Shown: positions 37,764 to 48,534 of the stretch, piece by piece
Layout: each line of letters starts with the position of its first letter
How positions within the stretch are numbered: the stretch's first letter is position 1
Assembly (NCBI GenBank): GCA_028534125.1
Contig: CM052817.1
Coordinates: 71,674,001-71,738,000, forward strand
Direction: 5' to 3'
From: Lama glama
Taxonomy: Eukaryota
DNA length: 64,000 bases
Position numbers and translations under genes: made by a program
Notes under the pieces: model-generated
What the model was told of the DNA's origin: nothing
Databases searched by the model: none
Seen by the model: only the letters and a program-made list of their open reading frames with translations

Positions 37764-39989
37764 AAAAAAAATACTTAGAAAATGATAAAGGAAAAACAGA
37801 AGAGATGCAAGAAGACAGAGTGCCAACAGGAGAAATAACGTTTCTGTTGCTCATGTAGATGACTTTGATCATCTTAATGCAGTTAAAATCTTTACTTCCA
37901 AAAACCCCAAAATTGAAGAGAACGGCATTCCTTAAAATTAGTGTGGTAATAAATAAAATTCAAACCAAACAATCAGTGATAATAAATAAAAACTGGAAAA
38001 TCACAGACCTCCCCTCTGAAAGAAATAATTAATATTACCTATGGTGAGGAATGGATCAATAAGAATTTTTGTGGGGAACATGATCCAAAATCATCATTAC
38101 TAGTATAATTAACTTGGAATCTTTATGGAATAAAAGAACATTGGGTGAGATACTTTCCCTATACCAACATGATTTTTGCAGAATTCTGGATAGGAGAGAA
38201 GAGAGAGAAGAGACTATTGCCAAGAATTTTGACACTACAAAGGCTGACAGGGAATGTTGAGTAAATTAAGCACATCAAGAAATTTTAAAACTCAGAATAT
38301 AGAGATATTACTTAGTGCATTAAAAAATTGATAATGATAATTTTGAAATTCTTAGAACAAAAATCTAGACTATATTATCACTATTATTTTCCTCTTACTG
38401 TTTCTATGTCCTGCCACTGTCTCCCAATGTATTATTGCACATTAGGGAGCCCAATATAAAAGCAGTTTAAAATGATAGGAATAATAGAATCCTTTCATTT
38501 TATTTTCTTTGCTTTTGTGAATATTTTCAAAACTTCTACATTCTAAGGACAAAGCAGGGGTTTACCCACTTGCCTTTAGGAGTATTTATTAACATTTCTT
38601 TTAATGTCCACATTTTATAGTTTATTCTAGAATTCCTCTTCTAGTAAATATTTGTTGAAAAGTAAATGTTTATTGAGTTAATATATATTTGTTGAGTGAT
38701 TGAAAGAAGACGTCAATATGTATTTGTTGAGTGATTGACAGAGGAATGAATGGTGGCCCATAGACTCTTTTTGATAGATAAGTAAAGTGCACTGATTCTC
38801 CCCAGAGCGATCCAAATGAGTAACAGGAATGTAATTTTTGCTTGTGGCTTATGAAACCCTGGTGCCCAAGGGATGATGTGGGTAGGGAAAACCATAAGCA
38901 CAGTCTGTGTGTCCCAGAAAACCCTACAGAAGGATTCCCAGATCAATCTGGAAACAATAACAACAACAAAAAAAACAGAGAAGACATAAACATAACGTTT
39001 CATTGAAATAATGAATCCCTTATGGTGGAATTTCAGGAAAATAGGAGAGAGATTTTACAGCTGGTGGCTATCCTCAGTCCCAGGTAAGTGTACCTTATAC
39101 CAAAGGTCTATTATCTCCTTTGTTCAGTTAAGCCCAAACATGGGGCCTGGTGATAAGATTGCTGTTTTTCTAGATGAGACTGAGTCTAAGGGTTTTATGT
39201 TTTCTTTAGCTGAGCTTTTTAACAAATGCTTCCAGTTTAACAATTCTACATACATTCTTATGTACATTCTTCCAAATGCTTTTCCTTTTCATTTTCCAGA
39301 CATTGTGTTTATATAAATTTCATCCATATTTTCCCTTTCATTTGTGGAGAACACATCAAAACATTTGACCCATAAAACGTTTAGTGAAACATCAAATGAT
39401 CTTTCTGATAAAAAAGGGATTTCAAGGGCTAAAATTCAGGAAGTTGATTTGCCAAAATTAAACATACGATGATTTTAAAAGTTTGGGATTCCTTCAGAAT
39501 GTGAAATTAATAAATACAAGATGAACCTATAATTATAAAAATACACACTTCTTTCCTTTAATTCTATTTCTCTTACTACTATTTTATGAGAAAACAATAG
39601 AAATATTCAGAGCAAAATGGACCCTTTTTGATCTTGAAGTCTTTTCTTTTTTCTCTGTTTAGTTTATAATTTGAAACAGTTTAAAGTAGCATTTCTCACA
39701 GTGTGTTCCATGCAACACAAGACTCTCAAAAGATACTTCCTCAAACAAAGCTCTCTCATCAACTAAATGTAGAAATCACTCAATAGTATATCCTGTCTGG
39801 GAGATTCACAGTAAGATGCCATCTGAAAGAATGGAAGGCAGTAAAAGAACGTTCTTACCTTTACCCCAGCATTGTCTGCTCTGCAAGTATATCTATTAAT
39901 ATCCATGGATTGCACTTTGAGAAACAGTGACTAAGTTCTTCTTAGTAACTTCACCCTTAAACATTTCTCCTCTTCAGAGAACAGAGGCC

Positions 39990-40200
39990 GTCTAGTTAGA
40001 TATACGGATTTTAGACTCAGACAACTTGTTTCAAACCCCAATTCTGTGACCTTGAGCAAATGACTTAACTTCTTTGAATGTCAATCTTCCCATCTCTAAA
40101 ATGGGAATAATAATACTACTAATCTTATAGAGTTGTTGAGAAGACTTAAATGACAACTTCTATAAAGTGCCTAGAATAATGCCTGACATATAGAAAGCTC
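39990..40200 (+). mobile_element. MIR SINE
   Basis: ctgtgaccttgagcaaatgacttaacttctttgaatgtcaatcttcccatctctaaaatgggaataataatact. Confidence 0.85.
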
Positions 40201-40739
40201 TCACTTTTTTTTATATTTATGATTGTACTGCTACTATGAAAAGTGGCGTGAGTGTCTACATCTTAGCTACTCATAAACGTGGAGGTTATTATTGTGATTT
40301 CCATCTTGACCTTTTTATTCAGAGGCCATATGTGTGGGCAGATAATGGATCTTTCAACAGGCCAACTTTTGCATCTGGAATCTGCTCCAAACATCATCTA
40401 CCATATCCAAGGCTAAAGAATTTAATCTCATTTAGGCAGAGACAAGTTTCTCTAACAGAGTTTAGTTATCTAACCTAACAAGTATATCAAGTTTATCTTC
40501 CTTGCCCTTCTGTCTTTTCAATCCTTTCCTTTTCTGATTCTCTCTTTTTTTTTCTTCTTACACTTTTCAGCTCCAGTACTGTTTTGTCTAATTTCTTTAT
40601 GTTCCCTTCTCTCTTTCATCCAGCGTCAACTGAGCTGCTTTAGGGTGACCTGGCTACACTTTACTAATCCACCAACTCAACAGATATTTACTGAGTACCT
40701 AAGTGGTCCCTGAGTATATGTGTCAACTCTGAGCATTGA

Positions 40740-41379
40740 ACTCCAGGACCTGACTATGGCAAAAGGCAGAATCTGAATGTTTACCTTATATGAGGAAAAA
40801 GACTGAAAAGAAAAAACAACTTCTTTGGCAAGCTACCTGAAAAAATAGCTGAAATTCAAGAAGCCCTTTGATTAGGAGAGAGAGAGAGTGTAAGCACAAC
40901 AGGAAGAAGCCATAGACTCAGTGGCAAAGGTTGAGTTTTTCTATCACAAGCACACCTCTTTCCCAAATGCTCTCTCCCTGAAAGCTGCTGACGGAGCTTT
41001 GGCAAAGGATTACCCTTCTGTTGGCTGATAAGCTAAGCCCTGTTTTATATTTAACTCACTCTGGTGCAGGAGGGGTGGAGTGGGGGATGCTTTGTTTATA
41101 AGGGGAGCCACGACAATATTCTCTTCAGTCCTCCTCCTCCAGCTCAGCTCCTCTTCTGGAGTCCTTACCCCACCCCCTTGTTTCCACATTCATCCTTAAG
41201 TGGCTGGTGGGAACGTGCAGGGAGAGGAAAAGACGCAAGAAGCCAGAGAGAGGTGTGGGAAAGCAGAAGCAGGCTGCCAAACCAGGGAATTCCTTCCAAT
41301 TTAAAAAGGAAGACTGCTGACGTTAGTTAGTTAAATTTAACATACTTTTATGTGTAACATTTGACTTTGGAAACAAAAA
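40740..41379 (+). promoter_or_regulatory. ENPEP: ENPEP proximal promoter and 5' UTR
   Basis: Non-repetitive sequence directly upstream of the ATG. It contains TATA/CDX-like TTTATAAG near 41095, GATA TGATAA at 41026-41031, HNF4-like GTGGCAAAGGTTG at 40921-40933 and the palindrome GTTAAATTTAAC at 41330-41341. The TSS cannot be determined from sequence. Confidence 0.7.
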
Positions 41380-42005
41380 ATGAACTTTGAAGAGGGAGAA
41401 AGCTCTAAGAGATACTGCATTAAAACAAAACATGTGGCCATCATCTGTGCAGTGGTGGTGGCTGTCGGATTAATAGTAGGGCTTTCCGTGGGCTTGACCA
41501 GATCGTGTGACTCTACCGACGGAGGACAGGGCACAACCCAAGCTCCTTCCCACCTTCCTTCCACTCCGAGCCCTCCACAGGACCAGGAGGTCTGCCCTGC
41601 CAGTGAAGATGAAAGCGGAGGCTGGAAAGATTTCAGGCTGCCAGACTTCATCAATCCAGTGCACTACGACCTGGAGGTGAAGCCCCTGTTAGAGGAGGAC
41701 AAGTACACGGGCAGCGTGCACATCTCCATCAATGTGAGCTCGCCCACCCAGCACCTATGGCTGCATATCCGGGAGACAAGGATCACCCAGCTCCCGGTGC
41801 TGAGGAGGCACTCTGGGGAGCAAGTCCAAGTCCGGCGGTGCTTTGAATACAAAAAGCAGGAGTATGTGGTGGTGGAGGCAGAAGGAGAGCTTGCACCCAG
41901 CAGTACCGAGGGTCTCTACCATCTGACCATGGAGTTCGCTGGCTCGCTGAACGGCTCGCTCGTGGGGTTTTATAGAACGACATACGTGGAGAAAGGACAA
42001 GTCAA
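41380..42005 (+). CDS. ENPEP: Glutamyl aminopeptidase (aminopeptidase A), coding exon 1: cytoplasmic tail, type II signal-anchor, stalk, start of M1 N-terminal domain
   Basis: ORF MNFEEGESSKRYCIKTKHVAIICAVVVAVGLIVGLSVGLTRSC...FRLPDFINPVHYDL...GFYRTTY...GQVK matches the aminopeptidase A N-terminus. The ATG has A at -3. The exon ends in phase 2 at AA|GTAAAT (donor GT at 42006). Confidence 0.98.
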
Positions 42006-45000
42006 GTAAATATTAATTTTTGCTTTGTTTCTCCTAAGTTCATATATGTGCTTTCCGTTTCTTTTCCTTTCCTTTTTACTTTCCACCGTTCAATTATTTC
42101 GACGGTCTGATCTTTATCTCAACTCGGTTTCAGTTCAGCCTGTTCACGTTGGGAAGCAAAAATTTTGCCCTGCTGTACTTTCAAAGTCTGTCACAAAACT
42201 TGAAAGTATTGAATGAGCTGCATGGAGTCCAAAAAAATCAGTGTAAGTCTTTAATTCCATCAGGAAAAACCATAATGTACTGCATTCTATCCTTAATATT
42301 TACATAAGCTATCTCAAATTTTTAAAATGGATGTGTTTGGTAAATTTTACTGGTGTATTCTTGGGCTACATGGCAATGATTTTAAACTGAATCTTTAGAA
42401 TGATATTATACTAAATTTAAGTGAAAATCAGTAAATATTAATTATAATTTTGTCTGTTTTATTGGAGAGGAGACATTGAAAGAGTATGTAAAATCCATGG
42501 AATTGTCTTTGTGTCTTCACTTAGAAAGGAAGGCAGGACTGTGTCTGTATCTCATGTGGCCAGAACTATGTTTTACAGATAGGCTTTCAATAAATACTCA
42601 TTGGGTCTATGCATCAGTGGTAGCACATGGATAAGTCTTTGGGCTTATTGTCTATCACGCAATATACAATGGTTACACTAAGCCTTTTGTGAGATAAAAG
42701 ATATATTAAGTAATTAAGGACAGAAAAATATCCCCCCACACACAGTCCTCCAAGTATATATGTATATACATACCTGCATTTCCTGAGTCTAGCCAAATGG
42801 TTACTTGCCTTGTCAGTTAGTCAGAGGCTATCACTAGAGCTATGTTAAAGGCAAAAACTCTCTTAATGAACTCAAAAAACCTTCATTCCTTGAGTGTGGT
42901 CCTTGGATCAGAGAGCAAGGCTACACTTGAGGTAACACTGAACTTGAAACTGCTTTGACCTTTGCCTACTTAACATTCAGAACAAGTAAATGATTAAGAA
43001 ACCTTATGTCACTGTTCAGAGTCTGGAGCAGCTCTCTGAATATCCCTTTCCTGTGTTGTTTTAAGAATCTTCTAGAGCAAAGCAAATCTTTCGGTCAAAT
43101 GCTTTCTATTATTTGCCAGAGAGACCCAGGGACTAAAATAAAATATTTAAACATTCTTATCTCACTGTTTGGTAGAGTAATAAACTGAGTAGAAATGATA
43201 GTTTGAAAAAATATTTGGACGAATCATATTCATATATTGTACCTTAATATTACTAGCAATAAAACAAATTTCATTGTTTACATATTTTTTCTGTTTATAA
43301 AAATCACAATTGTTGAAAGCATGGAAAATTGTAAAAAGGAACATCAAAGTTCTATAAATAATTTTACCACCCACAGGTAACCCCTATCAACATGTTAATG
43401 TATATTCTAATATTTTGGAGGGTAATCAAAATTGTAATTATATTAGGCCCATGTATCTCTTTATCCATATACCACTTAACTTAATATATTTTAAGCAGTT
43501 CCCTTTATTCTTAAATACTTTCAAGAATCTGATTTTAAAGATTGTGCAATATTCTACTGAATTAATGCACTGTTATTTTTAAAAAACCAATTCCCTAATG
43601 TTGGACATTTGAGTAGCTTCCAGTTTTTATTACTATAAACAAGTCAGAAAGAACATAGCTGTAAGTACATCTGTAGGTGTGTAGCTGTTTATTTCCTTAT
43701 GTTAGGATGTAGTCCAAAAAATAGAATTGCTGGGTCAAAGGGTATGAATATATCAAGAAACATGTAACATTTATTTTGTTTAAGTATTTTCTAAATAAGA
43801 TACATTCACTGCAGAAAACATAGTAAACAGAAAATTATAAGGGAAAAAATCCATTTATAAGTCCATCACTCAAGTATAGTCATTGTTAATATTTAGGCAG
43901 ATATTCTTCTAGTTTTTTTCTTCTGGACACAGATAAACGTGGCATTATTATGTGTAACATGTTTTTACAATATGTCAACACTTTAACATGTCATTTGATA
44001 CTCTTCCATAAATTATTTAATGGATACATGAGGGTCCATTGTATGAATATAACATAATTTATTCAACTTTTTCATTAGATTTGGGCACTTAAATTGCTTC
44101 TACTTTATTACCTATAAACACCTATAAAATGTAACAATGTTATAAAAAAACTATATATATTATTTTCTAAAATATTTCTATAGGAAAATTCTTAGGAAAT
44201 TGGCTCAAAGTACATATGTATGAATGCATGCATGTATGTGGATACATACACACATCTACACATATGTAACACATGTGCATGCACATATGTACGTGTGTGT
44301 GCCCAAACTGACTGTCAAAAATATGTCCCAAATTACGTTTCCACAAACAACGAATGAAAGCATCTGTTTCTCTGAGCCTCACTAACAATAAGAGGATTTG
44401 TAAAGGTGTTTGCAATTTGGTAGAGGAAAAGGCATAATACTCTGAAGAATACCTACTGTCAAGAGATTCTAAAAATCTGTTAGTATAAAGTGAAAACAAG
44501 TCAAAACTTTTAAATGATTATTGCTAAGAGTTTAAAACTGCTTCCTGGGTTGTGAAAACTATAGAAACTGCATCTGAGTAAAGCTATCAAAATATTTTAT
44601 AAAAATTCTGTACTCTACAGGAAGGCCAAAAACTATGGAATGTGTTTCCATTGATAAGTTTCTGGTATATATTTTATAAGTATAAAATTTACTACATGCT
44701 GAAATATATAGTATTTATTCCAATTCTTTGGATTATTTTACCGCATGAGTTAATTTTACAGTAAAATAAATACTTGAGAGCTGACTTTCTGAAACGTAGC
44801 TGTCTTGGTTGAGAAAATACTCAGAAATACCGAGTGACAACAAGATTGGCAGGGAAGGCCACCGCTCAGTCAGGCTCTCATGGCGGACTGGTGTCCCTGA
44901 GTTTGTCTGTTTTCATTGCTAGCAGTTGAGGCTCTCACATTACACAGGGTGCACGGCCAGTTCTGCACGCACGGTTTTGGAACGGTTCTGGCACGTACTC

Positions 45001-48000
45001 AATAACCTCACTTAGGCTCAATGGAATACTTTTTGTTTTCCTTGTTATGAAATATTTCAAGCAGAGAAAAGTGCATTGTTTTCTTTCAAGCCTGTGAATA
45101 ACATTTTGACAATGTAGGCCTCTGGGGGGCTCTCATCTACAGAGTGCAAAGGCCACAAGAGCTGAGTTCACAGGGAGCAGCACCATTTTCTTGCATTTTA
45201 GAGTGAACTTCATAATATCTGATGCTCGTGCAATTCCAAATGCCACCATAGTAATGCATTTCATATATACAGTCAAGATTATAGTTTTCCAACTCTTCTG
45301 CCTTACTGTAAAATTAACTCCAGGATTGAGTATATGCAGTATGGGCTATACGAAGCAAACTAAATGTGAGTGCACTCAGCAGTAACAAAAATTACTTGAT
45401 TTCTGCAAACACAACCAAGACTTGAACTTCACAGAGAGGAGACGACTATCAGAGTGTCTTTCCTGCAAAATTCAGAGGCAAATGGAGAGTTGGAGAAGAC
45501 GGCAGAGTCAGTTTAGAGTTCCCTAGCAACAAGAACCATACCTTCTCACTGGGGACAGAGTTCTAGTGAGGCTTAGGAGGAGAAAGTTTGAGAAACTTAA
45601 CGGTCACTTTTCCTACTGTCTGGTCTGTCCCTCAGGGTCTGAGGAAAACCACTTCAAAGGACTGGAAGGAACCTTTGGAATGTTTTCCTGCCCACACCAC
45701 TAAAACCCCTCAACACTCTTTCTCAGTGAGTTATGTAGGATTTTCAGTTGTTCTGAGTTCCCCTCCACGCATATCTCCCAAGTATATAAGAACATTCTCT
45801 TCTCTCAAAGGTTCAGAATTTCCTGGTCTGCATTTGGGTTGCTCTTATACAGCATTCCCCATGTATCTGTTCCACAGAGTTCTAGATGCATGGGATATTA
45901 ATAGATACTGCCAGAAAAAAAGCAGAGGAGGGATTCTGTGGCCAAATTAGTTTGGGCAATAGCACTAAATAGAACATGATGTGTTTTCTCCTAATGGTGG
46001 GACTTTTCAGAGGCTTTTATATGATAGTGTCCACTGGGAACCTGTAGAAGCTGTCACCAAAGGCAGTTTAAATGCAGTTTCCCAACCGTTATGAGACTGT
46101 GGAATCTTCTGTGGGTCCCTGAGAGTAGGGCTGTGTCTCTCTTGTTCACTACCTAGCACACAGAAAGAACTTCAATATCACTGAATGAATATAGAGAAGC
46201 ATTTTCATACAGGCTCTCACATAACTAGTGTCCTCTGGCACATGCTGGGACGTGCTAAATGGCCACGGCCCTTTCCTGTAAAGGAGTCCAGTTCCCACCA
46301 ATGACATTCCACTTTCGCACTCAGGATGGAAAACTTACCCTGATTCTTTTTCTCCCCATCTCATCAAAGCAAGAGAAGTTGGTAAAAATCTTTTTTTTTT
46401 TTTGACTTAGGAAGGCGACCTTCATACTTTAGGACTGAGAATCATTAGAATTGACAGGAATTACAACAGGAATTTAAAAGAGGAACAAATGGTTTCCAGT
46501 TTGGGTTTTCTGGATATTTACAGCAATGTTGGGATTTAATGGTGGGATTTCAATAGGCAGAGGCAAACAAGAAGGTAAAAGCAGGCAAAAAGGAAAGGCA
46601 TGTAGTCAAAAAAGCAGAATGAGGAGAAGAAATATGTCTGTAGAGACGTTTATATGAAGGGGCTAGCTAGAGATAACTCTGGAAAACCCATAGGAAGAAA
46701 AAAGTAAGGATAGTTAATAACAGGCATTATGAAGGAAAAATTAACTGATGACTATTAAGATGTGGAAAAAAGAACTGAATCTGTACATGGGTATATGAGA
46801 GATCCAGATATGCAATGATCCAGGAAAGAGAAGATGAAAATCAGGTAGGACAGTGATTTCGGGACAGACAGAAGAGAACACAATGAAGAAAATAGTTTGG
46901 AGGTAACCTGGTCAGCATTTTGCAGACTGACTGGCTTTGGGGAAGGGCTGAGTTGAAGCTATGGGTCGAGGATGCCCCAGAAATCTGACTGATAGCCCAC
47001 ACCTTTCACTGATACTAGGAATAGAACAGAAAAACCAGATTTAGAAGGGAAGGTTAAGATCAGTGGCAGACGGGTTGAATGCCTGTCAGACATCTAGGAA
47101 GAGATGTCTGGTAGGCATTTGGATAAATAAACCTGATGCATAAGGTTTAGTGATAAAAATTTAAGAGTTAAGTGGAACCATGGCAGAAGAGAAATCAGTG
47201 AGATGGATTTAATTGTGTGTGTGTGGTGTATCCTCACATACATGTATATGTATACTCATTTGCAGTTTTGATCTTGAAAATTTAGTTGTATGTCAGTTTA
47301 TTCATTATATGCTTAGATTCATATGTTGGGCTATCAGTATACCCATTATCAATAAATAATAGATTGAGGGGCTCTTGTTTACTTGTTGCAGGAGTTTAGT
47401 AGTTCCTTTTATTTTGGAAGCAAGGAAACAAAAAGAAATTTTACTTGACCTTGAATATCTTCTACACAGAAAAAAATCAATTGGAAATAAAGCTAAATAA
47501 TAAACTGGTTCAAACCACCATAAAAATAGGTTGGAGTCTGAATAATCTAGTCTTGCACTGATCTGCTGCCCTACTTCATTCTGGAACCCTTTACTTAGTC
47601 TGCACAGACACTGAGTAGTTGTGCCTGCCTCATCTGCATAAGAAGTCCTTCGTTTAAGTTTTTCACCCAGACCCTGCTGTTTATTTTGCTGGCTCAAGTT
47701 ATTAAACTGCTGAACATAGCTTGAGAGTCTTCACTGGAAACAACATGCTAGATGATTTACGAGGTAATCAAGTAGTTGGGGTTTTTTTAAGTTGATTCAA
47801 ATGAACTGGTCATTTACTTGCATCATCACTTCCTTTCTCTTTAGCTTTCTCTATGGTCTGATGCACTCAGAGAAGTCACAGGGATTCCTTCTCTTTTGTA
47901 AATTAACAAGCTACATATAATTATATTTTTGATGTGCTGGGTCTAGTAAGTGACTTATTAACATAACATAGAGAGGCCCCTAAGGAAAAATGGCTCACCT

Positions 48001-48204
48001 CAGCACATCTGCCTGGAATTATAATTATAATTATTATAATTATTCAGGAAATACCCACAAGTTACTCCTGAACATACTGTGAGATTTGCCAGGCTTTTCC
48101 CACTAATTTGCAAAACAATTCATCTGATTCTGATTATAAAAGAAGACATTTTAATCACTAAATAAAACCTCCCCAAAGAAGTTGTGGTCTAAAATTGTTT
48201 TGTA

Positions 48205-48430
48205 GGGTAGTGGGATAAAGTGGGAGCTCAGGATTGCAGATACATACTACTATATATAAAATACATAAACAAGGTCCTACTGTATAGCATGGGGAACCAT
48301 ATTCAATACCTTGTAATAGCCTATAATGAAAAAGAATATGAACAGGAATATATATAACTGAATCACTATTCTGTACACCAGAAATTAACACAACATTGTA
48401 AACCAACTATAATTCAGTAAAATAAAAAAA
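48205..48430 (+). mobile_element. 5'-truncated L1 3' UTR fragment with A tail
   Basis: aacaaggtcctactgtatagcatggggaaccatattcaatacc...actgaatcactattctgtacaccagaaattaacacaacattgtaaaccaactata...aaaataaaaaaa. Confidence 0.9.
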
Positions 48431-48534
48431 AGTTTTCTATTGTTATCTCACATACCTTGTTTTCAAATTTGCATGTATTTAGAAAACTTTAGTAACTTTG
48501 GATGGAATTTAGCATATATAAATAGGGGCTTTTT

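Noticed and set aside
41337..42000. Several minus-strand ORFs overlapping ENPEP exon 1
   Set aside because: Shadow ORFs of a GC-rich coding exon with no recognisable protein features.
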